In this document: piece after piece, positions 25,201 to 38,943 of the stretch
How positions within the stretch are numbered: the stretch's first letter is position 1
How the letters are laid out: each line of letters starts with the position of its first letter
Assembly (NCBI RefSeq): GCF_964204865.1
Contig: NC_135258.1
Coordinates: 14,694,001-14,758,000, forward strand
DNA from: Styela clava
Taxonomy: Eukaryota
Length of the DNA stretch: 64,000 bases
Reading direction: 5' to 3'
Program-made: the position numbers and the translations under genes
Notes under the pieces: model-generated
Seen by the model: only the letters and a program-made list of their open reading frames with translations
Databases searched by the model: none
Told to the model about the DNA's origin: nothing

Positions 25201-28200
25201 TACTCAATGTATATTTTTAGATTGTCAAACCGAATTGGTCTTGGCGGTAACAAGAAGGCCACAAGTGTAGAAGTTTTAAACAAACCTGAAATGAGAAAAG
25301 TAGCAAGTGCTTCCAGTTTAAAGAGATCAAGTTCTGGCGGAAGTAAGATTAAAATTTGTTTTAAATTTCGCTGTGAAACTGTGTATTTTGAGTTACTTAA
25401 CCAAGTATTGACAATACTGAAGACTGACTTCCCTCAGGCCTTTTTTCCTCTGGCAAAATGTCTGGTTATAGGGAATTTCCAATCTTCAGTTATTTAGTTA
25501 GAGGTAATCTAATAGGATTATCTTCTTGATTTTAATTTTTCTTTTTGTTATTCTATATTATTTATAAAGATAGAGATTTAATAAATAGTATGTCAAACAT
25601 AAGTGGAATTTTGTTTGTTCCAAAATGGATACATTTTGTTAAATTTATAATTTAGATTTTTGAAATTCTGCAAAAACAATTTTAAAATATCACTAACTTA
25701 ATTAATATAAAATTTCTCACAAGCCACAATTACGAGTAGATGGGGGTATAGTTTTTGATAATTTATATTTTCGAGATTAAAAAACATGTTTTTTGAATAC
25801 CATTTTATTCGGATATAATTCTTTGAAAACTTTATGCTGAAAAAATAAGAAACTGACCTGCTCTTAACATTTCTAGAACGGGGTTGACCTTACATGCTGC
25901 ATAAATTTTTTGTGAATGAATGTGGCAAATTTGGATGGTAGTAAACAAAATACAGACACTTCCGAAATCGTGCTATTTTTTCACACAACAAGTCATGTCG
26001 CTTATTAATCAATAATATTGCAGACATTATTGATCTTTTTATATTCGTCTCAGTGTTTCAAGCGTACTAAAAAAATATCACTTTTAAAGATTTACATTAT
26101 GATTATTATTGTTATAATTCATACTTCTACTAAGTGAATACGATGGTTTTTCTGAGGTATTTCAGAAACAAATTTTCAACCAAATGGTTGAAACATAGAA
26201 GGCAACTTTTTAACAAAAATTTCAAATGAAAAAGCTAAACACACAAATTTTTATTTTCTTGTTTTTTTTTCTAACCATGAGTTCAAATATGGAATGCTAT
26301 GCTTATGTAATGTTCCTCAAATGCTCTCAGTTTGAGTTTCTCAACTACTGTTGTAGCAAAATGATCATATATAAGTTGAAATCATAACCACAGAAAATAT
26401 TTAGATTTTACAAATATAGTATTTCCGTTGAGGACAATATTGAGATTGATATATATTTTGTAAACCCTATATCGAAAGAAAATTTGCGGATTGTAGATCA
26501 TGTTATATAGATCACAATTCATCGTACTTATTACTGGTGATTAAAGGATATCCTGTATAGCTTTATCGTTTCATACGGAATCTAGAATCTGGAAATAACG
26601 ATTTGATTACATCCTGCTATAGCATTTGACTATTCTATAATTATCAGCCAATTTTTTTTTCTGGGCATGAATAAAATTCATGTTTTTAACCGCATAACGA
26701 TACATTCTCCAGTTAAATGAGAATGCTTTGAATAGAAATAGCCTCATTTGGGTCATAAATTCAGATTTACCTAACCATTCCAGCAATGCAAGCAAAGTCT
26801 TTAACGATAATTCTTTTCAAACTACGTTTGAGAGGGTGTAAAAAATTTTGACATATTGGCAAATTTCATCACTTATATCTGTTTTTATTTTAATATCAAA
26901 TCAGAAAATATTTGATATTTGTAATTTCTTGTTTATTCTCCAATTGAGAAGTATTTTATTTCCCTGTTACTATTTTTGTTTTCTCTCATACGTGCATGGG
27001 TGGCATTTCTTTGTTTCTGATTTTGTTTTTCATATCAAAGACATAAAAGTTATGTCTTTTATTATATAGCATGGGATTCACACATTATATGTGCAATATC
27101 ACAATCATATGCTTGGCCGAATGAGCTACTTTTCACTAACATTCATTGCTGCATGAATTGAATGTCACTGCCGCTTGGCTTGTGAGAAATAATGATAATT
27201 TATTCGAATAATTTTTTTATATGGTTTTTATTCACACCTTTCTCTCCAAACGAATACTTATACAAAGAGCCACTGATACCTCACGATATGTAAGGAGTAT
27301 TTTATTTGAAAGGATCGGAATCTTTTTGGTTCTGTATTGACTATACAATTTATTACACTCTGGTTAAGGTGGTGGAAGGAATTATGTTTAGCATTTCATT
27401 TTAACATTTATGTATATGACCCACCAGTGTATGTTTTGATGGAATTTTAATTGGTATAACGGTATTAACTAAATTCATTAGTTTAAAATTCCATTGGGTC
27501 ACACCCACATTAAAATGAATATGAGTGATTAGGGTTAGGTGTGTGAAAAACATACCTAGCCACATTAGAGAATTTAAAATAGGTTTTATGATATATGATA
27601 AATATATTTGTGGCCAAGGTTTCTTGCTATATATTATAATAATAAATAGTACTTTTCTAGTTTTATATCAAGTCCGATGTGTTGAATATGTTGTCATTTC
27701 ACATTATTAAAGGCTTTGGGCCCGCATTCATAACCTAAATTTTTATGATTTTTTTTATATTTTTGTAAATATAATTGTACAGATTTATATGAATATAATG
27801 GAATCACAAATTAGTTAGTCTAATGTCCTGCCTAACCGTGCAGCCTTACTCAGGCTCTAACAAAAATATGCTCACTATGCTGAACTGGTAAGATCCTATT
27901 CAATCTAAACTCAATATCTTCCTTTGTCTAACTGCATTATTTTTTTATGAAATATTATCTTTTCCTTTATTCTACATTTTGCATGTCTCTATCATAATGG
28001 TGTTTTGTTATGCTATGTTCATTGGTGAATATAGGTTAACTTGGTGTTCTAGGTTCACTTGCTACACTCGGCGTTCGAAAACAGCACGTGAGAAACAGAT
28101 CCATGCCTGATTCATCTTTACTTGCTCTAACAGAGCGTGAACGCTCAGCTTCTACGACCAACCCTGTTTGTATTAATGGTCCCCATATTTATATATCAGG

Positions 28201-29934
28201 TGCGGCGTAGTGGTTTTCCTAGTATCAAACTTAATACAAGCATTATCCATTGGAGAAAGCTTTTTCAATGGTCAATGCTTGTTTGAAATTGATAATTTGC
28301 ATGTGTAGTGAGATTCATTTTGCCTTGCTTTATTGAAATCATATTTTTTGTTTGCTTGTTATGTTGTTTACTAATTCAACTTGGATTTAAGTTTTCTCTA
28401 TATTCATTGTTTTTTCACATGTAAAGTCGGGAATGTAATGCTAATTGATTACATTACAGTGATCCTAGCTGTGAATAATAGATATGTTAAATTGCCTGAC
28501 TTTACTTTTTTTTCGAAGAACCGTTACTTTGGCACTTAATAAATATCAAGTTCGAAGCTTTTTCAGAAATATGAAAGATTATCTGCTGTTAACTTGTAAT
28601 GCAATTAAAACAAAAACGTTATTTATAAATAAGCCGCTGTTATGACATCAGTTTGTAATGATTCAGTTACTTGGCATTGAGTTACCTACCTAATACCTAT
28701 TTGTTCACAGAATTGATAGCTGAAATTTATTTTGAACATCCCAACTTTGGAGCGGGCATAAGCCATAATTAGGCATCAAAAAAGAGCAATACTCATATTC
28801 GACTTTGTATAAATAAAACGTTTCATGGGTGTGTTGGAGTGGATTTACCAAACCTTGTTAAATTGTAGTTTATTCATTATTGGTATGACGTGCTCCTAAA
28901 AAAAGGCCAAGGCCAAATAATCTACCATTAGTAATACATTCTGTAATCATATTCTTGAATATGGAATATCAAATTAGGTTGTGTTCAACAGTGAACATGT
29001 AGAAATGTATAACACCATTGTGCTCATATTGTGAAAGATTATTTATGAAATGGAAATATTCCACATTATTTCTAAAATCAAGAATTTAAATATTGAATGT
29101 AATTAGTTTCGAATCTATTTGAATATTCTGTTCATTTTAAAAATATACGAATCAAGCTTTCAAATCTTATGGCAAAAATGCCCCTCCTATTTAATTTTAA
29201 AATTGACTTATTTTGTACGGTAATTTTGAAAACAGAAATTTGAGAACTCAATCTCTAGGGGCCATGGCCCATTTTGATAAATGGATCATTTGATTAATGA
29301 GTTGAATACAATCAATTTTTGACCTCATTCCTGAGGGATACATTTTTTTAATTTTAAATGTAATTTAATACCTGCCTCATATAATTATATATTATACCTT
29401 CTAACGGCATCATTGAAACATTAAATCTGTACCACGGGTGCTGTAAATGATAGGCTGTGTTGCCTTTTTCAAATTACTATTAAAATCCTAAGAGATTGAT
29501 TGTCATTTTATATGACAATCAATTTGGTTTTATGATCAAATGCAACCAAGTCATTAAATATAGATGGCTAAATATATGCCTGTAATATGCCAGGGCATAT
29601 GAATTTTCTTATAATTGCACTTTTTGGCCTCTAGTTTTGTTCAACGTACGTTTTATCCAAGCCTTTTGCAATATAGCTTTGTGGATATCAAAAAAGAATA
29701 TTTGAAATTAATTATTCTATTTTCTGTTATCTCAGGAACTGATTCTGGTAATAACAGTTTGACGACGTCTGCCGAAAATTTGAATAAAACTGGATCATCA
29801 GAAAATCTCGATTTTGGACAATATGAAAACATGGATCAATTACATGCATCACAGTAAGTTGTTTCTCTGCTATATATATTTAGGTTTGAATCTTTTGACT
29901 GCCTTAAATGATTTGTTATAGTCATTTCGAAACC

Positions 29935-29967
<33 letters not shown>

Positions 29968-32900
29968 GTATGGCATGTTTATATGCTTTCTATTCTCAAC
30001 ATATTTTGTGTAAATAGAAACAGAAGCATCAGTTTATTTATATGATAATTAAATTAAATTCATTACATCAATATTTGATTGTAGCGTCATATGCAGTTTA
30101 TTCCATATTCGACTGCTCGGTCGTTGTCCTGTGGGTGTGTCCTTTCTGATGATACTGCACTTATTGACACACCCCCTTGTCAACAGCCTATGATGTATTG
30201 ATTATAAGAAATTATATGGCAGCATCTGATTTTGTAGTACAATAATTGATAGTAATTGAAGTATGAGATTTGAATAGCTAGCTACTGGTTTGACAAGTGT
30301 GTTGCACCTTATTCAAGTGGGTATTAACAAGTTTTAAATATCTAGTGTGTGAGTTGATTAGAGGCTTATAATTTGGTTTAAAGTATTTTGATTATTGCAC
30401 TCAGAAGACGTGAGAGCAATACTGAAATATTTGTATGTTTATGATAAGGCCTTAGAACACAAGGTTTGCTGAAAATTACAGTGGAATAGTATGCCTGAAG
30501 AAAATCTGTTCCTCTTTAATTAAAAAAAAAAGCAAATTTTGGGGTGAATCATATGGTTCCATAGTACCCCAGGAATTTGGACAAAATAAAATAAAAGCTT
30601 GCAAGCAACTTTTTCTACTTCATACACCGGTACCTAATATTTGGTTTGTTGGTTGCAAAAAAAGCGACTTTCCCACAACAAAAAAATTTTAGTAAAATAG
30701 TTTTTATGTACAATCTGTGTCCAGTAATACTTATTCAATATTCTTATTAGCTGTCAGAATAACAGAATTTCTGCATTCAAATTTTCAAACTGTTACATAA
30801 AATCTATCGTAAAATTGGCATTTTCTCCCATGCTAAATTGTATACAAAAATACGAACACTTCTACAATGTACCACAGTATTTCTAACCAAGCATTCCAAG
30901 AAAAGATTTTCATGTGCATGCTACGTCATTCGCAGACAAGCGGTTTTTAGCCTTTCATGATCATGTCCATACTTTCCTACTTGGATTGCGTGGGATGAAA
31001 CAGCTAATTATGTTAGGTTTAAAATGATCGATACACATCTTTAAGTTGAAAATTCCCAACGACTGAGATTTACATATTGATAATGTCAAATATAACAATT
31101 CCTCCGCATAACCGAAAGTGAAACTTGTGGCAGATTGTGATAAAATAAATTGTAGTGTCATCATTAGTTATCAAGTAAAAAATCACATTAGCAATTTTGA
31201 ATGTTCAATATACCAGAAGTTGAAAGTATATATAATCATTCTTGTAAATATTGATTTTTAAAATGTATTAGAATTTTCATATTTGAAGAAATTTGATTAA
31301 GATTTATTGGTAACTGACGTTCAGACTAATACAGGCTTATTTAACTTGTGATAGCTGTATAAATCGATTCAAATATATCACAATTTTTTTTCACCATATA
31401 GTTTATCCATATCAAATATAAAACAATTCCATGACGACTTTAAAAGTATATATGATATAGAAAGTTATTAGTTTTGTCTAATCCTGAAGAGGATTTCACA
31501 TTTATCCAAAGTGTATTTGGTTTGATATTTCAAACTGTTGCCTCGTTAACAGATTAACCAAATGCAACAAAACAAAAAAAATCAGCAACACAAAATCTTG
31601 TGCTAATGTAGAATCAAGATGAATTACTGAACTTTTTAATTGTATATTTTTTCATCATAGCAATGACAACTTCTCAAATTCAAAGAGCCTGAATACATTG
31701 TCAACAAATACAATCACAACACCATCTTCTCTTTCTATTGTTTATAAACCTAAAAGTTATTATAGGCTTGATGTGAAGGAATTATGTAAGGTGAGTGATT
31801 AAGTTTTATTTGTTTAGAACCATTTATTTACAACATGTACTTGATCAGGATTATCCGAAATATACATTGCAGATTACGGCTATTATCAATTTCAAATATT
31901 CCAAATAGAATTATTGGTTTTTGAAGCTTGTCAAAGACATCTGGATTTAGCCTAATTTTATACTAATTTATTATTAGGCAACTTCACGATTCAGACCTCA
32001 GACATGTTATGAAATCTAATTTGTACTTGTCAGTGTCTTTTCATTAACTTTTGACCTTAAATTTATAGGTTTCGCCTATACCAGAAGATCCAACAGCTAC
32101 TTTTCAGCAAATGAGCAGGGAGGAATTACTCAAACTTTGTATCAAACAGCATAACGTACTTTCAAGCAAAAGTGAACAGATTCGGTGAGATGTGTTATAT
32201 ATATAATTAAAACAATCGGACATTTTCACCCAACTCGTATTTTTGATTAGCGTTGGCTCAGCGGTGTGGCGCATCTTGCTAAACGTTAGGGATGCGCTTG
32301 CCGCTTGCCATTGCACATCTGATCACCCAGCATGGGTTTGCAGGTTCAAATCCTTTGAGGGTTAATTATGTGCACAAGGAATGCTGAACTTCTCGCTGTC
32401 GTAGGGTGGTTCAGGTAGCCACTGGTTGGTTTAATGCTCCCTCCACCATCAAGTCCATGCAACCAGAACAGATAAATGGCACACTAATTCCGCACCCGTC
32501 ATGAACTGGTAACCGAATGAAAGGCTGTGGTTCGCCATAAGATTAAGTCGTCTTATTGAACTTACGCTCCCCCAGGATAAAAATGTAAATTCCATCCTAA
32601 ACTAAATTCGATAAATGTGGTTACTTTAATGTATATGCTTATGAGTCAGAGGCGTAGCTAGGGGGTCCCCCCCCTCGAAATGTAAAAAAAAATAATAGCA
32701 TCTTTCTGTATCATACATAGCAATTTTTCGTAGCTTGAAACGCCTTTTAAACTCTCAAGACTCATGAAAACAGTTATTTTCCGGCGCTCTGTCGGACTCG
32801 CCAGCTGTTTCGATCCAACTTGGCAAATAGAATTTTCAGAACCCCCCCCTTCTATGAAAATATCTGGCTAAGTTCCTGGTATGAGTAATATGTTACTTAC

Positions 32901-33743
32901 CACTAAAAGGTCTCAGATTAACCAACTGCTTGGAGATTAGCTATTCTCTTGGGTTTTGTTTTGGCTTACATAGTGTAATCTGTGATAGAATCACATAAAT
33001 TTCTGTGTTATAACACATCACTTAGCCTTTGTAGGATTCATTTTGGGAGAATGTCACATGCACTCACCAAGAAGTAAAAGAAGGTTCTTATCTTGGTAAT
33101 TACACACAAGCAAAATCTGATTGCTGAACAAAGAACTATTCTTCATAGTTGAAGGGAGCAATCATAGAACTGATAACAGCCCCATCTTTCAATTTCATGA
33201 ATGTGCTGTGGGCTGTGGCTACCATATAAAGGGGAATCGATATAGGATAGCATTTACATATTTATCCTGGGGGAGAGGAAAGTCGATAACACGGCTAAAC
33301 CATATGGCGAACCACGGCCTCTCGGTTACCATTCCATGCCGGATATGGGATTAGTTACTTTGTTTTTGGAAGCATGGAATTGATGGTGGGGGAAGCCGTA
33401 ACCGGCCAGCGGTTACGTGAACCACCCTACGGCGGTGAGGAGTCCAGCAATCCTATCGCACATAACTATTCCCGCATGGGATTCGAACCCACGAAGCGTA
33501 ATCAGAGGTGCGGTGCCGAGCCTATTCTTAACGCTTAGCACGCTGAGCCACTCCGCCACGCCAATTTTTTGGATAGTGATATAGTTATTAGGCCTATACG
33601 TAACTCACCAACATATTTTTTTATTATCCAGAGAACTTGAAGACTACATTGACTCTCTACTCGTTAGAGTGATGGTATGCACACCACAAATTCTGGACCG
33701 ATCTTCAAAGAGGTCTGGAAGCCAAAGATCAACGAAATTCTAA
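22270..33743 (+). CDS. RAB11FIP: Class I Rab11 family-interacting protein (FIP1/2/5-like), 471 aa. Exons 22270-22453, 22977-23121, 23565-23654, 24239-24372, 24813-24930, 25221-25342, 28053-28199, 29736-29853, 31661-31790, 32069-32184, 33632-33743.
   Basis: N-terminal C2 domain (FSPTDICVIVHRAKNL..KGKGSNDAY...EKYATNVVEK..WY.L..RGEVEI), internal VCINGPHIY motif and C-terminal Rab-binding domain ELEDYIDSLLVRVM. All introns are GT-AG and in phase. Confidence 0.92.
29942..29967. repeat. (TA)n microsatellite
   Basis: About 13 TA units, intronic. Confidence 0.9.
32250..32599 (+). mobile_element. tRNA-derived SINE copy in the last Rab11-FIP intron
   Basis: tRNA-like head with GGTTCAAATCC B box. The body is the reverse complement of the 33243-33562 copy. 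Confidence 0.8.
32647..32878. mobile_element. Diverged MITE, probably hAT
   Basis: Ends CAGAGGCGTAGC / GCTAAGTTCCTG, with 8-bp TSD TTATGAGT / GTATGAGT. Confidence 0.6.
33243..33562 (-). mobile_element. tRNA-derived SINE, best-preserved copy
   Basis: The minus strand begins GGCGTGGCGGAGTGGCTCAGCGTGCTAAGCG (A-box-like), carries GGGTTCGAATCCC (B box) and ends ...ATATGTAAATGCTATCCTA. Confidence 0.85.
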
Positions 33744-35109
33744 AAGACTTCATATTTTATACTTTACTTTTTGTAAAAAATCAATTTAATTTTTCCCATT
33801 TTTACAAAAATAATAAATAGTTAGATGATATAATACATGAATTTAATAAACTTATTGAAAGATTTGTTACATCCCTAGTGAGATCTATTGTTTAATATAC
33901 CTTTGCCTTTTGAGATCCATGCTTGGTCGACTATATTTTGATGATATAGATATGACTACCGTTAGCAAGTTAATTTTTTTTTTCGAACTAAAATGACTGG
34001 CACAAATTTTTTTGTAATTTAGCCATGATTGGTGTTATTGACTGCATTAACTAATTTTTTATTTATCACACTTGTTTGTGCCATTTCCTACGCCATTTCA
34101 CTTTTTTCCTATCAAGAAATGTTTGCTATTTAGTACACAATATGGGTTCTTATGAGGATTTTTTACTTGCCCAAGAACTTTGCCATGTTTATTGCACAAT
34201 TGGGAGCTCATTACGAAAGTGATCTTTTTGTTGATGATATATAGAGCACAACTGGTGTAAATAAAACTGTATTTTTCCGGGTTTCGAACTTCATAAGGGC
34301 ATCCGCAACATGAATAAAGCTGGCGGTCGCATGCACCGGTTGGTGGTATATATCATTTCAAAAGTGATAACGGTATAAATATAGGATTGAAAGTAATGGA
34401 TAAATGGCTTTCTTTCCTTCTGCCAATATATTTTATAACCTTCTGGTACATATGATTCCGTCCTACCTAGTTATTTTCTTTTTTTTTCAATGTTCCTTAC
34501 CTATGTCGAAATTGATATTGTTTTATATCATATATTAGTTGACAGTGATTGTTGTTTGATCGAATTTTATGCCATAAGTTGTGATTAAGGTAACTTACCC
34601 AAAATTACATGGCCATGTTTTCATTTGCTTTTATTATATGTTGTCTTTTCAATTTTTCTTTGTCTGTTTTTTTTATCTTATTTTTTACTACCTTATGAAA
34701 CATGGTGCACTTTCAGCTATTTGCTCGACCGTAAACAGCATGCTTTGATCGCATATCGGCCTAAGAAAAGACGATTGTCGAATATATTATTCAAGGGTAA
34801 CAATTACTTTTCTGTGGGATATATGATGACAAGCCAAGAGCGTTATAAGCATCTTTTATTATACCTTCTACCATGATATTTTTGTGGGAGCTTTTTGTTA
34901 ATATAATTCTTAACAAAATACACGATGTTCAAACTTAAGGCGTTACCTGGGCACGTTTTACACGATATACATGTATCATAAATTACGTATAGGATGTGAT
35001 TTTACAACTCTCTTGAGGTTGGGGAAAATGAACAGACTGCTTTATGGTGGAAAGGAGTCTCGTTAGTTTGTGGTCCCAAGTCTAGAATGAGAATAACTAA
35101 CCAGTCTTC

Positions 35110-35422
35110 TCGGCGCTGTGGCGCATCGTGCTAAGCGTTTGGATTACGTCCGTCATCGAACCTGTAGATAACTTGCGTGGGTTCGCACGTGGGGGATAAT
35201 TATATGCGAGAGAACTACTGGACTCCTCGCCGCCGGACGGTGGTCTTCCTCGCCGCCGGACGGTGGTCTTCCTCCTCCAAGATCCATGCATCTGAAACAA
35301 ATGACTGGCCAAACCGATACCATACCCGACATGGAGTGGTAACCGGGCTAGAGGCCGTGGTTCGCCATATGATTGAGCTTTCTCATTGTATTTTCTCTCT
35401 ACCGTAACAAATATTTAAATCC
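35110..35422 (+). mobile_element. tRNA-derived SINE copy with an internal 23-bp tandem duplication
   Basis: Homologous to the other copies. CCTCGCCGCCGGACGGTGGTCTT is repeated twice at about 35225-35270. Confidence 0.75.
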
Positions 35423-36301
35423 AGGGCCTTTAAGAACACAAATTGCTGAAGATGGTGGTTCCGACATATACACGTTTATTCATTCAGAAATGCTGATTCT
35501 GGGAGACAATATGGGGCATTATTTCCGGAATAGATAAGTTTTCTCAATCGAACTAGAGTAATTTCAGATAACAGAAAGCTATTTAAAATTATAACTTTAG
35601 TACATGAGTACGAAATATCGGATGGAATCATCTTGACGTAATAAGTTTGACGTGCGGTGGTTATTAGACAAAGGCACGAAACGCGAAATGCTTTGAAATA
35701 TAACCATGTTTTGTAAAGTCTAATTAGCGCATAATATTATTTCGATAATGTCTTTCGCGTATCTACGAAAAATTGTGCCCATTGCGAAGTTTAAAAGTGC
35801 GCCCCCTTAAGGATCCATTAAAGATTGAATGAATAAAATACTTTTTATACATAGCTAGGGGGGAATGAAAAGTTCCAAAATAGGCTAAGAGAGAATGTAA
35901 CAAAAAAGGTTGGAAATCACTGATTTGGGAATGGCGTTGCAGGTAATGGGGACTTGAAGCAGTATACTCCAAAGTGGCCATGGATTCGGAATGGACTAAA
36001 AATTTCATTGCTTCAAAAGCAAGTGAATATAAAATAGGGGCCTGATTTACTATAAAAGGCTTCTAAAACAAACAGGTGAGTCGTAATCAGAGACGTGCCA
36101 AACTTTTCTTCTGCTTTGAGCGAGTTTCTAATCATGCGCCTTATGCCTAACTTCAAAAATAACTCTGTGGGGGTAAACAAATTATAGATGTTGTTATACA
36201 CGAAAATAAATTGAAGGTCAAGTAAGGGTAAAATGTTTGAACTTGACAGACTGATTTGACATTGAAAACATCAAATACGTTGGTATCTGGATTCGCTACA
36301 A

Positions 36302-36738
36302 CAGGGGTCGGCAACCTACGGCCCGCGGATTAATATAATCCGGCCCGCGACGCTTCACTGAAGTATAGTAACAAAACAGCTGTTTTGACGAATATATTCC
36401 TTACGTAACAGAATTTATTGTGAGACACGTGTAGACTAAAATATATTATAATCTAACAAGTATAAAATTCGCAATTACTCGTTCAATGAGACTATAGTTT
36501 GATTATAATTAGACAAATGGCAACATAACGCAGAAAAGTTGATGCCAATGGTTCAATGGCGCTTAAAAATATTCGAATGAAATAAATCTATATTCTATTC
36601 GAGAGATGTATCACTGCTTGATTTTTATTATAAGAAGTATCAACCGTTCGGTTTTCAACTTTCTAAAAATATGTGCGGCCCGTCAATGACTTGCAACCCT
36701 TAAATTTGGCCGCGAGCGACAAAAGGTTGCCGAACCTG
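36302..36738 (+). mobile_element. Shorter deletion derivative of the hAT element at 6503-7345
   Basis: Same TIR and highly similar first ~250 bp. TSD CGCTACAA / TGCTACAA. Confidence 0.88.
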
Positions 36739-37348
36739 TGCTACAACGTGCCGCCCGGAGCGGTCTCTTCCAGGCCAGCCATACTTTAGGTATACAAAAA
36801 TTATATTCTACACAATTTTCCAAGAATAATATTTTTCTATCATCTTCTCTTTCACTATGTAAATGTAGTACACGTCGAACTTTAAATTTATTCAGAAGTT
36901 GAGGCCCCTTTACGTAGAACTATTTCACGATTATCAGTTTAATGAAAAATCATTTATATATTTAAATGCAATCGACATAAAAACGTATTATTTTTGTTAC
37001 TCATCTGTACAAGCTGTATATCAAACTTTGTGTTCAGTAAATTTATATTCAGAATTTTCCAGCACACTATCATCAGAGTAAACACTAAACATTATATTTT
37101 TTGACGCCCATATTCAATATTCAATTGTGCTAATAAAAAATATGAGTCACGGATCCCGAACTCTCGTGGGCCGTTACATTTGAGTAATGTGGCCAAGGCT
37201 TATGCCGACGCTTTGGCTAATGATATTTCTAGAACGTGATGACGTTCGGTTATGAATGAACCGGCAGCTGTTGTCGATCGACGTCATAAAACGAGAGAAG
37301 TGGCGTCTAAGCGAGAATGACCCGGAATTGCTGTGAAAATAGGAGAGA

Positions 37349-37363
37349 ATTCGAGAATTTTCT
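37349..37363 (+). promoter_or_regulatory. Heat-shock element in the Hsp40 promoter
   Basis: Perfect three-unit nTTCnnGAAnnTTCn (aTTCgaGAAttTTCt), about 130 bp before the ATG. A second partial HSE (TTCtaGAA) is at 37227-37234 and AP-1 TGAGTCA at 37143. Confidence 0.75.
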
Positions 37364-37488
37364 ATTTCTTTATTATACAAAACACGCGAGCCCCATGCTT
37401 CTCATTTCAGAAAGAGTGTCGACTAGTTTGGCTGTAGTTATTGTACGTATTTAAAGTACAATTCGTATAAATCTTACCTGATCTGTCA

Positions 37489-38943
37489 ATGAGCAACATG
37501 AAGACTAAAGGACCAAAAGACTTTTATGCTACTCTCGGAGTTTCAAAAACCGCCACAGAAGATGAAATAAAGAAAGCATATAGAAAATTAGCTCTCAAAT
37601 ACCACCCGGACAAAAATAAATCCCCAGGCGCTGAGGAAAAATTCAAGAAAGTTGCTGAAGCTTATGAGGTATTGAGCGATTCCAAAAAGAGGGAAACGTA
37701 CGATCGTCATGGGGAACAAGGACTAAATGGTGGAATGGGTGGCGGAAGTGGAGGCGACGGATTTACTTACACTTATTCAAACGTCGACCCAAGAGCAACA
37801 TTTGAGGCATTTTTCGGAAGCTCGAATCCCTTTGCAAACTTTGGAAAAGGCGGCGGTGGATTTTCAGATATTTTTATGGAAGGCGAAGACATCGGCGGGC
37901 ACTTTGGACCTGGGTTTGGAAGTAGATTTGGCGGTGGTGGAAATACTCAGGTTTTCACAAATATGGGGCACGGAGGACAGTCTTCATTTAATCGTCCAAA
38001 ACCACAAGACCCACCGATCATGCGTGATCTAAAAGTATCTCTTGAAGACATATTGAAAGGGTGCACAAAGAAAATAAAAATAACGAGGAAAAGACTCAAT
38101 CCAGACGGTGCTTCGACGAGACTAGACGAGAAACTTCTCACAATAGACATTAAAAAAGGATGGAAGGTTCGTACTTTTCAAAAAATTAAAACTAAATCAG
38201 GCCTTTATTTCAATATTTTGCACCAAAAAGCTAATCATGTGTGTAAAGCATTTTCAATTATAAGCTATTGGAAAAACTATTTTCAAGCGCTCAATTTGTA
38301 TATGTCGTGCACTACCCTTAAATACGAAATGATTTTATCATAACTGTTTTTATTTATTACAGGAAGGGACAAAAATAACGTTCCCGAAAGAAGGCGACGA
38401 GCGACCTGGTGCTGTTGCATCCGATATTGTTTTTACATTGAAAGATTTACCTCATTCTACTTTCACCAGAGAAGGAAGCAACATTATTTACCACAAAGCG
38501 ATAACTTTAAAAGAAGTAAGTGTACATAATTGTAAATATCAACACTTTGGTAAAACTATCAAAATATTGAGCCAACTTTTCGTCAAATTCGCTGCGTTGA
38601 ATATAATCGACCTTTCAACATTCGTTTACAGAACATTAATGCGAATTTTTGTTGGCTAATTCATATAATTATTTGTTTTCAAGTTTTATTGACCTTATTT
38701 TTTACTCCTTTTCAGGCATTGACTGGAACAACATTGCGAATACCAACACTGGAAGGCCGATATGTCACGCTTAACTGCCATGACGTCGTCAAGCCAGATA
38801 CAGTTAAAATCATCCCAGATGAGGGTCTACCGATACCAAAACAACCACACAAGCGTGGTAACTTAATCGTGAAATATCTTATAAAATTTCCGGACTATTT
38901 GAATTCAAGACAGAAAACGACTTTGAAAGACGTTTTACCGTAA
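37489..38943 (+). CDS. DNAJB: DnaJ homolog subfamily B (DNAJB1/4/5-like Hsp40), about 352 aa. Exons 37489-38166, 38363-38515, 38716-38943.
   Basis: J domain with HPDKNK, G/F-rich linker, C-terminal domain [34 protein letters not shown]. Phase-0 GT-AG introns. The start may be the ATG at 37498. Confidence 0.95.

Noticed and set aside
27268-27289. Possible Rab11-FIP microexon (AAG...GTAAGG)
   Set aside because: Its 22 or 20 nt would not preserve the frame, and it cannot be supported without RNA data.
33470-33562. tRNA gene
   Set aside because: The A/B boxes are attached to a multicopy body and tail and no clean cloverleaf is evident, so these are SINE heads.
38167-38343. C-terminal part of the 284-aa DnaJ ORF
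   Set aside because: This is intron read-through. The conserved GWK|EGTK resumes at 38363.
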